Shown here one piece after another: positions 1 through 9,149 of a DNA stretch of 64,000 bases; position 1 is the stretch's first letter, and every line of letters begins with the position of its first letter. Source of the stretch: an uncultured Latescibacterota bacterium (GTDB lineage Bacteria > Latescibacterota > UBA2968); NCBI GenBank assembly GCA_958295785.1, contig OY282377.1, positions 2,880,385-2,944,384 on the forward strand, read 5' to 3'. The position numbers and the translations under genes were made by a program. The notes beneath the pieces were generated by a model that did not search any database, was not told the DNA's origin, and saw only the letters and a list, made by a program, of their open reading frames with translations.

Positions 1-368
1 TCGCGCTGCTGATCGAGCGCAAGGTACTGGATGAAGGGACCTTTCTGTTTATCGACGAACCGGAAGCGCATCTGCATCCGGCCTGGCAGGTCATCATGGC
101 GGAAAGCCTGTTCGAGTTGTCCCGCCAAGGCGTGAACATCGCGATTGCCACGCACAGCGTCGATATCCTCAAATGGCTGGAAGTGCGGGCAAAGAAAAAC
201 CCAGAGGATGAGCAACGCATTGCACTCAACCACTTTTCCGCCACTGGCGTTAATCATTTCAATGCAGACAACGAGGACAACGCCAAAGATGATTTTGAAA
301 CCAAAATGGCAAAGATCAAACAAGAATTGACTAAGCCCTTCTCCGACCTGTATCTGGAGGGGCTATGA
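1..368 (+). CDS. AAA-family ATPase (ABC/OLD-type), C-terminal fragment; the gene starts upstream of the window
   Basis: Reading frame is open from position 3. The motif LFIDEPEAHLHPAWQ is the Walker-B/D-loop signature of AAA_21/OLD-type ATPases. The TGA stop at 366-368 overlaps the ATG of the next gene (ATGA). Confidence 0.6.
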   Translation, partial: ALLIERKVLDEGTFLFIDEPEAHLHPAWQVIMAESLFELSRQGVNIAIATHSVDILKWLEVRAKKNPEDEQRIALNHFSATGVNHFNADNEDNAKDDFETKMAKIKQELTKPFSDLYLEGL

Positions 369-961
369 TCGATCTCGAAAAATTCTTGCAGTTGATTGAA
401 CTTGCAGGTACACCGCTTCAAAACCACCATGCCTATCTTATGGATGGCACTTCGCCGCGTCCTGATATGAGAAAAGATGTGGACTTAGGGACTTGTAATT
501 GCTGTGATTATTTTTCGATCATCAATGGGGTTGTCGTCTTGATTGAAGAAACCCAACTCTTGAGACAAATTGAGGATTTGAAAAACGAGTACAATTCTCT
601 TAGAGGCACTGACCAAAATGACCAAATGAAATTTGTCTATAAGTACATTCGGCAAGAAAATCGGCTGAAAGCTTATGGGTCAATGCTCGTCTTATGTCGC
701 TTGGCTGCGGTATGCAAAGATGCGAAAGACCTTTTGGGATCAAAAAAGTATAAGTTTTGGCTCGTCGTTAGCGGCATAAATATGACAGATGCCGAGGAGT
801 TTGAGGCCAAAAGAATTTTTGATAATCTGAAAGACCATTTATACAGCGACCTGAAAAGCGTCTTAGGAAAAGAAATGGTAGATGATGTCGAAATCGTACC
901 CTCCCATGTATTTGTCGGCAAATTGCCAACGCAGGCTCCATTTTACCAAATGACGCTCTGA
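365..961 (+). CDS. hypothetical 198-aa protein, translationally coupled partner of the upstream ATPase
   Basis: Start and stop overlap the ATPase gene (ATGA). GC content is lower than the surroundings. No motif recognised. The size and position resemble the small partners of ATPase-based two-gene defence modules (RloB/PtuB-like), but that is inference. Confidence 0.5.
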   Translation: MIDLEKFLQLIELAGTPLQNHHAYLMDGTSPRPDMRKDVDLGTCNCCDYFSIINGVVVLIEETQLLRQIEDLKNEYNSLRGTDQNDQMKFVYKYIRQENRLKAYGSMLVLCRLAAVCKDAKDLLGSKKYKFWLVVSGINMTDAEEFEAKRIFDNLKDHLYSDLKSVLGKEMVDDVEIVPSHVFVGKLPTQAPFYQMTL

Positions 962-1019
962 AACCGTCGAATAGGGAGAGAGGTTTAAGCGAATTTGAGG
1001 CAATAATCTCGGGGACTAT

Positions 1020-3113
1020 ATGTATCGAAAAAAATGGAGCATGTCATGCTGGACGACAACAAGTTATTGGAGGAAATCCGCTTTGAACAGTATCAGAACA
1101 TTGTGCCATAGAACGCAGCACGGCTTTCGGCCCGTGTTCCGGCTTATCGCGCTCGTCCTACTTGGAGTTCTCGTAGCCGCCTGCTCTGAGGACCCAGCGG
1201 TGACGGCCACTCCCGAAGAGGGGCCGGCTCTCACCACTCATCTGTACGCGCTGGAGAGCGAGTCCGTCAGACTCGAAAGTTTCGACGGAAACGGCGGGGC
1301 CATTGAAAGCATAGGTGAGGACCTGCTTGTCGTTACGCCGAAGGGAAGGTTTGCCCTGGTCTTCCCGGACACTGTGGAATATCTCGACGGTCTGGTTCCT
1401 ATGAATTATACGGGGCTGCAATCAAGCCCAATCAGCGAGCATCCTGATTTCGACCTATACCCATTTCGAGTCGCCGATATTCTGCTGAAAGAGATTGAGG
1501 AAGGGTACATACTATTTGCTACCCATCACTATTTCACCGGAGAATGTGTCCGGTTCAGGTTGTCATCCACGACGCTGGTTCGGGAAGGACAGAGGTTGAC
1601 AGTCCTGCCGGATTGGAGAACGATATTCGATGCGGAGCCATGTTTGGAACAACTTGATGGATGGCAGAATGCAGGCGGGAAGATGCTGACGGATGGAGAA
1701 GAACACTTACTCGTAACAATCGGCAACCATAAATATGGACAGTGCCTCATTCCTTCTAACCTGCATATAAGCAAACTCGTTCGCATTGAAATCGAAACGG
1801 GAGAATCGGAGATATTTGCCACCGGTATTCGCAACTCACAAGGGCTGGCGCGGGACTCGGAAGGCAACCTCTGGGCGACGGATCACGGGCGGCAAGGGGG
1901 GGACGAACTGAACCTGTTACGGGAGGGAGCCGATTATGGCTGGCCGCTGGTCTCTTATGGCATTGACTACGGCGGTGTCGCTCTCCGGCTGGTCGAAGAC
2001 GAGATGGTGGGCCGGCACGACGGCTCCCTGCGGCCGGCGTTCGCATGGGTCCCAAGCATAGCCGTTTCCGCCATCGCCATCAACGACGAGGAGCATCTTC
2101 CCTTGTGGAAAGACGACCTGCTGGTTGCTTCGCTGGCCGGTCAATCCCTCTTCCGAGTCCGCCGCTACGGGACGGACGTGCAGTATGTCGAAAGGATCGA
2201 ACTCGGCTATCGGATACGAGACATTACGGTTATGCCGGACGGACGCATAGCCCTGCTGCGCGATGGGGGGTGGGTCTATTTTCTGAGCCGTTCCGCGAGG
2301 TACTGCAATGAAGAAGCGTGGAATCAGCGCAATGTGTACTCAGTCAACTGCGATTCCATCGCCGCATCGCCAGCACTGGACTCACCGGGCGCGGGAGACT
2401 CGGGGCCGGCAGTTCCGCCCTTACGCGGAAATCTGGGGAGATACACGGCGGCCGGCGCTCAGCTATTCGACCAGCACTGCCGCAACTGTCACAACCTGAA
2501 CGCCGAGCAGCACAGCACCGGGCCTCACGGCGCCGGGCCGCACCTGTTTGGCGTCATCGGGCGGCGAGCGGGCGAGGTCGGAGGCTACCGATTTTCGGCT
2601 GCGTTCAATTCGCTGGACGTCGTCTGGACGCAGGAACGCATCAAGCAGTTTCTCACTGACCCGGAGCAGTTCGCTCCAGGCACGTCCATGTCGTCGTCTG
2701 GCATTGGCGAAGCGGAAGCCCGCGCCATAGCCAACTACATCAGCACCCTCAACGACCTGGAGGAGGTGGTCAGAAATCGCGAACCGGCAGTCCGCTCCGA
2801 CTTTGACGTATATCTCAGCGAAAACATGCTGGTCTATGCCAGGGAGCCGTGCGCCCGCGCCGACACGGAGGCGATGTTCTTTCTGCACGTCCTCCCCATC
2901 AACCCAAATGACCTCCCAGACCATCGCAAGCAGTACGGCTTTGACAACCTGGACTTCGATTTCGAGGGGCACGGCATGAGAATTGACGGGAGATGTATGG
3001 CGACGGTGGCTCTCCCGGGGTATGACATTATCCGCATCATGACCGGCCAGTACGTGCGCGTGGACAGCGATTTCGATAACCTCTGGGCAACGGAAATCCA
3101 CTATGAACAGTAA
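1020..3113 (+). CDS. PQQ-dependent sugar dehydrogenase (soluble GDH-like beta-propeller) fused to a class I cytochrome c domain and a novel C-terminal ~105-aa domain; putative lipoprotein
   Basis: Lipobox-like LLGVLVAAC lies near the N-terminus; the true start codon is uncertain. Propeller motifs NSQGLARDSEGNLWATDHGRQGGDELN and GADYGWP. CRNCH haem-binding motif at about nt 2476-2490. The C-terminal block (RSDFDVY...YGFDNLDFDF...TGQYVRVDSDFDNLW) is shared with three downstream membrane proteins. Confidence 0.7.
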   Translation: MYRKKWSMSCWTTTSYWRKSALNSIRTLCHRTQHGFRPVFRLIALVLLGVLVAACSEDPAVTATPEEGPALTTHLYALESESVRLESFDGNGGAIESIGEDLLVVTPKGRFALVFPDTVEYLDGLVPMNYTGLQSSPISEHPDFDLYPFRVADILLKEIEEGYILFATHHYFTGECVRFRLSSTTLVREGQRLTVLPDWRTIFDAEPCLEQLDGWQNAGGKMLTDGEEHLLVTIGNHKYGQCLIPSNLHISKLVRIEIETGESEIFATGIRNSQGLARDSEGNLWATDHGRQGGDELNLLREGADYGWPLVSYGIDYGGVALRLVEDEMVGRHDGSLRPAFAWVPSIAVSAIAINDEEHLPLWKDDLLVASLAGQSLFRVRRYGTDVQYVERIELGYRIRDITVMPDGRIALLRDGGWVYFLSRSARYCNEEAWNQRNVYSVNCDSIAASPALDSPGAGDSGPAVPPLRGNLGRYTAAGAQLFDQHCRNCHNLNAEQHSTGPHGAGPHLFGVIGRRAGEVGGYRFSAAFNSLDVVWTQERIKQFLTDPEQFAPGTSMSSSGIGEAEARAIANYISTLNDLEEVVRNREPAVRSDFDVYLSENMLVYAREPCARADTEAMFFLHVLPINPNDLPDHRKQYGFDNLDFDFEGHGMRIDGRCMATVALPGYDIIRIMTGQYVRVDSDFDNLWATEIHYEQ

Positions 3114-3294
3114 CGGGAACGACCTACAAGGCTTCGCACTAAACAATGGGAACTATATACTTGCCAACCCTAAACATTCTTGTTATATTTATCCAAGTTA
3201 CGAATTAACAAGGGGGTGTATGATGGCAAAGCAGCTTAGTTTCGTCGCGTTCACACAGAAGTTTGCCACGCCTGAAGCGTGTATTTTGCACCTT

Positions 3295-4387
3295 TAGGAC
3301 TTACGCAATTTCCATTGGAATATGAGGTGCTTTGAGTTGTTGTCTCAAGAAGTCAGCCACCCCCCGGTATTTGACTTGATAAATGGTTTGTCCTGTTTGA
3401 TAGGCCACCTGCGCGAGTCGAATCCAAACTAACATCGCACACCCAATATGATTTCGTACCATGCGTGCCAACCGGCATTGACACTTTTCAAGCCCGGTCA
3501 CCTGTTTGACTTCGCGGTGAAATTGCTCAATTTTCCATCGTTGGTGACACACCTGTTGTACCCCTGAAGAATCGTTTTGAGCATGGTCGTTAGTCACGAC
3601 ATACGCCGTGCGTCTATCAGAAGACGCCACCCGGAATAATTTCACTTTGTGGTCTTTGGGGAACCCTCTGATTTTAATTGACTTGCCTTGTTTGCGTTGC
3701 GCTTTCGTCCAAGTTAAGCTATCTACGCGCTGGTAGGGGATTGTGCCTGCCGAATCGTCCACGCGCCGGTTCGTCTTGAGGGGATAATAATAGGTTTTTT
3801 GCATCTGCTCTATGTGTAGCATGACCGTTTTAGTCGCATACCCACTGTCCATCAAGACCCCGGTAAAAGGAAGGCGCTTCTGATAGACCAACCCAGAGAG
3901 CATGTCCTTGAGATGATCCAATTTGGTTTTGCCATCGCCTTGCGGGTCATAAATCCGATAGTCAATCAGCCAGAACCGATCCTGTTGCGGATTGACATAG
4001 ACACATGTGACCACCCCGATGCCGTTGATGACGCCTTGGGCGTTGCCGCTATATTGACGGCGCACTAACGCGATCTTGCGTGCGTGTCGCTTGTCTAAAA
4101 CCGTGTCATCAAAGATCACATAGCCTTCAGGCGTCAACGCGATGGGGGCTTTGACGTGTTCCCACACCAAGCGGGGGGGGGATACGCGCACCGGCGAGAT
4201 AGCGGTTGATCCTATCATGACTGAACCCTTCGCTATGGTCGGCGAAATGGGGCAGGGTATCGTTGAGGGGACTGCTAAGCAGATACTGACAGTAATCCAA
4301 ACGCGTCGGTTGGCGCATTGACACCTCCTCAAAGTGATAAATTTTACGGAATTGCACCCTTTTTTAACTCAGCATGCGTAAGTCCTA
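3295..4387 (-). mobile_element. IS701/IS4-like insertion sequence nested inside the IS1595 element, 5-bp TSD ACCTT
   Basis: Terminal inverted repeats TAGGACTTACGC (3295) and GCGTAAGTCCTA (4387). Flanking direct repeat ACCTT at 3290-3294 and 4388-4392. Removing the element restores a perfect in-frame junction of the IS1595 transposase. Confidence 0.6.
3301..4357 (-). pseudogene. IS701/IS4-family DDE transposase, frameshifted at a G9/C9 homopolymer (~4173-4181)
   Basis: The N-terminal part (ORF 4127-4357, LDYCQYLLSSPLN) and the C-terminal part (ORF 3301-4200, with WKIEQFHREVKQ...CRLAR as the IS4-type C-terminal motif) are in different frames. They are joined across a GGGGGGGGG run. Confidence 0.6.
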
Positions 4388-5522
4388 ACCTTGAAAAGAT
4401 ACGCTTTAAGGATGGCGAGTCTTGTCCGCATTGTGGTAGTATGGGAAAAATCTATCGTCGTTCTGATTTGGCGTATCGGTGCTCGGATTGTGGGCGTAAT
4501 TTTCATATGATTTACGGAACGATGTTTGGCGCGTCAAAAATCAAGATGTTGCCTAAATGGTTCGCCGCAATATGGATTGAAACGAACCCCTCAAAAGGTA
4601 TTTCAAGCGTTCAGTTGGCTAAAATGATCGGTACAACGCAAAAGACCGCTTGGTTTATGCTTCAAAGAATACGAAACGCTTTTGGCAACAAAGACGATGA
4701 TGATGATGATTTTCTGTCTGGTATCGTTGAAATTGATGAAACCTACATCGGTGGCAAAGAAAAGAACAAACATAAATCCAAAAAGTTGAATGCGGGTCGC
4801 GGAACAGTAGGTAAATCGGTTGCTTTCGGAATGCGGGAAAAAGGGGAAGATGGTGAGGCAATGGCGGTTCATGTACAGGACGCAAAAGGGGCAACATGAC
4901 ACGAGAAGATGTTGAACCGGGTATTGACGGGCGCAACTATTCATGCAGACGAGAACCGCGCATACGGCGCGTTGAGGGATGATTACGAAGGGGAACAAAT
5001 CAATCATTCTGCCGACGAATATGAACGCGATGGTGTCCATACGAACGCCATTGAGAGTTTGTGGGCACGGGTTAAGCGTGTCTATATGGGTATTCATCAC
5101 CACGGGTCAGACAAACACATGCAAAAGGACCTGAATGCTTGCGTGTTTCGCATCAATCGAAAAAAGGGTGATACCTTAAGTCGTGTTGATGAGATGTTGA
5201 ATATGGCGATGGGCGCACGGTTGACTTACAAGCAACTTATAGCCAGTGAGGGGGTTGCATGAACAACCTTTATGGCACAAGCGGGCGATATGGAAGTCAA
5301 CGGGAAATGTTATCCACGCATGCAAATGTTATCCGTTCCTGAAAGACTCGAAGGAAAACGTTTTAAAACGTTAGATGTTAGGGGCAGGCATGCCGAAAAT
5401 CAGAGGTCGCTTGCATTCAACACCAAAAACCCGTGATTACTTTAACAAGAAGATTTAGGTTGTCAAGTATATAATCCCCTAAACAATCTGTGGCGCGCCC
5501 TGATTGTGCTCTATCAGAACAT

Positions 5523-6735
5523 AAGTACTCTGTAAATTAAGTTATTTTAAGTTTTGAATTGTCTGGATAAACGCGTTGATAATGGGCATTCATCTTGTCT
5601 CTGGCCTTGGGCAAAGTGAACTGCCAATTCAAGGGAATGCCCTTGGCCTCCCGCTCCTGAAAGAAGGCCAAAACTTCCCGGCGCAGTTCCGCCTGCGTCG
5701 CAATGCGCCTATTCAAACATCCTCGCGCCAGAGCCGAAAATTCGATCTCGATCATGTTCAACCAACTCGCCGACTTGGGAGTAAAGAAGAACTCAAACTT
5801 CTGCGCGAGGGCAAACGCCTCATCGGCCGGCAAGGAACGATAGAAGGCATGGCGGGTATGCGTGTTGAGATTGTCTTGCACCAAGCGGATTTTCTCCGCT
5901 TGTGGCCAATGCTGTGTCAGGGCCTGACAAAAGTGGGTGTATTCCTTCATCGTGCGCCGAGGATAGATTTCGGCAAGCCGTTTGCCGCTTAAAGGCTCAA
6001 TGGCGGCCAACAGCGCACACGAGCCGCGATCTCATCGCCGCCCACTTCGCCTGCGCCCAGCTTAAAGGCTCAATGGCGGCCAACAGCGCACACGAGCCGT
6101 GTTTGGTATAGGCATCATGTTCTTTGGTCACTTGGCCTGTTGTCAGGGGCAAGGGATCAAGGACTTGTCCGATGAGAAAACAGGGACGTTCATCAAAGCA
6201 GACCACAGGAACATTGGGATCATGAGGTTGGTCATACAGCCAAAGCAAGGCTTCCATGCGTGCGAGAAAGGACGCATTCACTTTGCGGATACACCATGTT
6301 TTCTTCAAGTGGGGCTTCAATTCGTTTTTTTGAGACTCGTTTTAACATGCGTGTGTGAGAGATGCTCACAAGAGCCCAATGCCACGCAGTGATCCGCCAA
6401 GAGGCGCAACGTCCATCTGCCATGGCCTGCCGGGGGGGTTGAACAGGCCAAGGCGGTGATTTGGGCCCGTTGCTTGCCGGTCATCTCCACCGGGCGTCCC
6501 GGCCGCGGGGCATCTTTGAGGCTGTCCAAGCCGAGGGTGCGGTATTTCTTTGCCCAATGACTCAGGGTCTGCCCGGTCATGCCGAGGGTTTGAGCCCCTT
6601 GGGTGTAGGTTTTGCCTCGGTCGAGTTCAAGCAAGCCCAAGGCGCGTTTGTAGATTCGGGCTTTTTGGTTGCCTTTGGTGATCAAGGCGGTCAAATGGAA
6701 ATAACAAATTATTTAATTTACAGAGTAATAAGTAC
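5523..6735 (-). mobile_element. IS630-family insertion sequence, degenerate
   Basis: Inverted repeats at about 5523-5545 (AGTACTCTGTAAATTAAGTTATTT) and at about 6703-6735 (reverse complement GTACTTATTACTCTGTAAATTAAATAATTTG). The internal transposase is split into three ORFs. Confidence 0.5.
5537..6694 (-). pseudogene. IS630-family transposase, frameshifted, with an internal 38-bp tandem duplication
   Basis: HTH N-terminus (ORF 6317-6694), middle part with CFDERPCF (ORF 5997-6320) and DDE_3 C-terminus (ORF 5537-6010) lie in three frames. A direct tandem repeat TTAAAGGCTCAATGGCGGCCAACAGCGCACACGAGCCG sits at 5989-6026 and 6062-6099. Confidence 0.6.
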
Positions 6736-9103
6736 GGGGGGCCTGCCTCCCCGGCTACGCAACGCGCTGTTCGTCCTGTTCATCGGGGGCATCCTGGCCT
6801 ACGGGGCCGGGTTTGCCTGGTACATGCTCGCCCGCTTCGATCTCGTCAACCTGATCCGCGATGTGAACGGAGACGACTCCTTCTATTACTTCCAGATCGC
6901 CCGCAACTTGGCCGAGGGGAAGTTCTCCACTTTCGACGGCGGCATCACGCGCACCAACGGCTACCATCCCCTCTGGCTATTTCTGATCACGCCGTTCTAC
7001 TGGGTATTCGACAAGGAAGCGGTGCTGTTCGCCATCAAGGCGTTCGAGATCATGCTCATCGCCGGCGGCGTGGCCCTCGTCGCCGCAGCCGCCCGGCTGG
7101 CACGCATGCCCTATATTCTGCTGTTCGCCGCGCTGCCGATGCTCTACCACCAGCACCACGCCTTGATTGCAGGAATGGAAGCGGCGGCAGGACTGTTCAT
7201 GCTCGGCCTGTTCACTCTGGCCGCCTGTCTCTTTGCGCGAAGCCCGGCGCGGTGGAAGTGGCCGCTGGCCGCGGTCACCTTTGCCCTGCCCTGGGTGCGC
7301 TTGGAGTACATCGCCATATCGCTGGCGGGGACTGCGGTGCTGTGCCTCGTCGAGTGGTCGAGGCAGGAGCGAGCGCCCGGCGCGCCACTCGGAGAACGGG
7401 CGCGTTCCGCACGCTCCGTCAAGGCGGCCGCCCCGTTTCTCGGCACGGTCGGCGGCATCCTGGCGTACTTCGCCTACAACAAGCTCGTCTTCGGGGGCGT
7501 GACGCCTGTGAGCGGCGCGACCAAGCAGATGTGGTCGGAGCGGTTATGGGAGCAGGAAGGCGGGTACAGCTTCGTTCAGAACTTCTGGGATGTCTTGCAG
7601 ATTCCCGCCTTCGACTACGAGCTGCTGGTCGCGCTGGAGGTCTGCGCCTACGTCGTTCTGGTCTGGTGGTCCTCCCCCCCCCCACGTTCCAGGGGCTGGA
7701 CAGACCGGTTGCTGTTGGCCTTCCTGGTGTGCGTGTTCGGCTTGGCGGTCGGCCACCTCGCCAAGTTCGCTCAGACCGTTCTCACTGTGCATCCCAACTG
7801 GGGGAGTTATGCCTGGTACTTCGTCCCGGCATACCTGATGATGGTGCTTATTATTCCCGTAAGGTGCTATGTCGCCATCCACTTCATCCGCCGTTTCCTC
7901 GACCCGAAGTCGCCCCGGATAGCCAACCTCCTGAGCATGGGCATCGTTGTTGTCGGAACAGCCTTCCTGTTTACCAAGGCGGACTTCACGGGGCCATTCC
8001 GGTTGGTTGACCGTCTTGGCAAGTCAACCCGCCTCAAAATGAAGGTTATTTCTTATATGGGTGTGCAGGTTATGGACCGTGTGCTGCCCGAGGACAGCGT
8101 GGTCGGGGCGTGGGACGCCGGCGTCATCGGGTATTTCTCTCGCTATCCGGTGGTGAACCTGGATGGCCTGGTCAATTCCTACGAATACCTGCGCGCCCTA
8201 AGGGAAGGAACCGAGGCCACGTTCCACCAACGATACGGGATTACCCATTTCGCCATCGTCGAGTTCCTGCAGGAAGGAACCGAGGTCCACGTTCTGCCAG
8301 CAGTACGGGATTACCTGGCTCGAAAACGTCGAGAGCGCCCGGCCGTGGGTGCGATCCTGTTCGAAGGCTCGCAATATCGCCATAACAGAAAGAACGTACT
8401 GTACAAACGCCAATTCAGACTCCTGGCTCCCAAGCCGCCGGAGATGTCATCGGGCGGGATCAATCGTCCCGACTGGTTCTGGCAGCGGATGGCACCGCAC
8501 TTCGACCACTGGTCGGACAGCGTCGGGCTGATTGTGGACGGACGGATGGCGCAGGCGTTCGTCAGAGATTGCACGCCGGACGAACTGGCAGTGTGGTCCT
8601 GGGCCGGACCAGGGGATGGAACGGCCGCCAGCGTCTGGACGCAAACGGGGTTGTGCGTCACCGCCGCCGTTCTGCCCCCCACCATATCGAGTCCGGTTCG
8701 GTTAGAGACAATGTCAGTAAGCGATTGGGGGTCGGGGCAGCTGGGTGGCGGCCGGCCGATCATCCGCTCCGACTGGGATGTGTATGTTGTCGGGAACAGT
8801 CTCATCTACAAGAAGGAGCAGTGTACCCCGGAGGACGTGGAACCAACCTTCTTCCTCCACCTGTATCCGGTTGACATGAACGACCTCCCCAGCCATCGCA
8901 AGCAGTACGGTTTCGACAACCTGGACTTCGCTTTCAGGAATCACCGTATCCCCATCAAGGGAGAAGTCTGTGCAGCGGTACGGGCACTGCCCGATTACGC
9001 CATCGCCGCGATCCGCACCGGCCAGTTCACCGGCGAGGGCCTGATCTGGGAGGGCAGTTTCGATGTTGTCGAGCCGGCGGATGACGGGAAAGCCGCGCAA
9101 TGA
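6695..9103 (+). CDS. GT-C-fold polytopic membrane glycosyltransferase-like protein (ArnT/PMT-like), paralog 1, with the novel C-terminal periplasmic domain
   Basis: Multiple TM helices. First-loop acidic motif NGDDSFYYFQIARNL, typical of GT-C enzymes. About 90% nucleotide identity to paralog 2. The only in-frame ATG before the homologous region lies inside the IS630 terminus, so the native 5' end was probably displaced by the IS. Confidence 0.55.
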   Translation: MEITNYLIYRVISTGGLPPRLRNALFVLFIGGILAYGAGFAWYMLARFDLVNLIRDVNGDDSFYYFQIARNLAEGKFSTFDGGITRTNGYHPLWLFLITPFYWVFDKEAVLFAIKAFEIMLIAGGVALVAAAARLARMPYILLFAALPMLYHQHHALIAGMEAAAGLFMLGLFTLAACLFARSPARWKWPLAAVTFALPWVRLEYIAISLAGTAVLCLVEWSRQERAPGAPLGERARSARSVKAAAPFLGTVGGILAYFAYNKLVFGGVTPVSGATKQMWSERLWEQEGGYSFVQNFWDVLQIPAFDYELLVALEVCAYVVLVWWSSPPPRSRGWTDRLLLAFLVCVFGLAVGHLAKFAQTVLTVHPNWGSYAWYFVPAYLMMVLIIPVRCYVAIHFIRRFLDPKSPRIANLLSMGIVVVGTAFLFTKADFTGPFRLVDRLGKSTRLKMKVISYMGVQVMDRVLPEDSVVGAWDAGVIGYFSRYPVVNLDGLVNSYEYLRALREGTEATFHQRYGITHFAIVEFLQEGTEVHVLPAVRDYLARKRRERPAVGAILFEGSQYRHNRKNVLYKRQFRLLAPKPPEMSSGGINRPDWFWQRMAPHFDHWSDSVGLIVDGRMAQAFVRDCTPDELAVWSWAGPGDGTAASVWTQTGLCVTAAVLPPTISSPVRLETMSVSDWGSGQLGGGRPIIRSDWDVYVVGNSLIYKKEQCTPEDVEPTFFLHLYPVDMNDLPSHRKQYGFDNLDFAFRNHRIPIKGEVCAAVRALPDYAIAAIRTGQFTGEGLIWEGSFDVVEPADDGKAAQ

Positions 9104-9149
9104 ACGGCGGGGGCGAAACAGCGCTACTGGTTTGCGCCACATCAGGGAC

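Larger units (their letters stand above)
3220..5262 (+). pseudogene. IS1595-family transposase, disrupted by the IS701-like insertion at 3295-4387 and by an in-frame TGA at 4897-4899
   Basis: N-terminus MMAKQLSFVAFTQKFATPEACILHL lies at 3220-3294. After the nested IS it resumes in frame: EKIRFKDGESCPHCGS...EIDETYIGGKE. The C-terminal DDE part (4909-5262) is in the same frame after a TGA. Confidence 0.6.
3148..5480 (+). mobile_element. IS1595-family insertion sequence, interrupted by a nested IS
   Basis: Imperfect terminal inverted repeats: GGGAACTATATACTTGCCAACCCTAAACATTCTTGTTA at 3148 versus the reverse complement of CAAGTATATAATCCCC ending at about 5480. The encoded transposase has a Zn-ribbon (CPHCGS...CSDCGRNF), an HTH region, and the DDE_Tnp_IS1595 C-terminal part. 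Confidence 0.6.

Noticed and set aside
1020-1130. N-terminal 35 aa of the PQQ-DH/cytochrome c ORF (MYRKKWSMSCWTTTSYWRK...) as genuine protein sequence
   Set aside because: This stretch is Trp/Cys/Thr-rich and low in complexity. It precedes a convincing lipoprotein signal. The real start is probably a downstream alternative start codon. The feature is kept with an uncertain start.
2463-3146. Long antisense ORFs inside GC-rich genes (for example 2463-3146 -, 12869-13885 -, 16071-16670 -, 23767-25191 -, 39984-40841 +, 55211-56080 +, 62607-63773 -)
   Set aside because: They overlap well-supported genes on the opposite strand. Their composition is Arg/Gly/Ala-rich, typical of high-GC wrong-strand frames, and they have no motifs.
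4897-4899. In-frame TGA inside the IS1595 transposase as evidence of an alternative genetic code (TGA read as Gly or Trp)
   Set aside because: TGA clearly acts as a stop for many well-supported genes in the window, for example 366-368, 9101-9103 and the ATGA-coupled operon genes. The IS1595 gene is otherwise disrupted by a nested IS. A nonsense mutation or pseudogene is the simpler explanation.
6461-6694. Upstream extension of GT-C paralog 1 to the ORF start at 6461
   Set aside because: This stretch is the antisense of the IS630 transposase HTH region and is Gly/Arg-rich wrong-frame sequence. Homology with paralog 2 begins only after the IS630 terminus.
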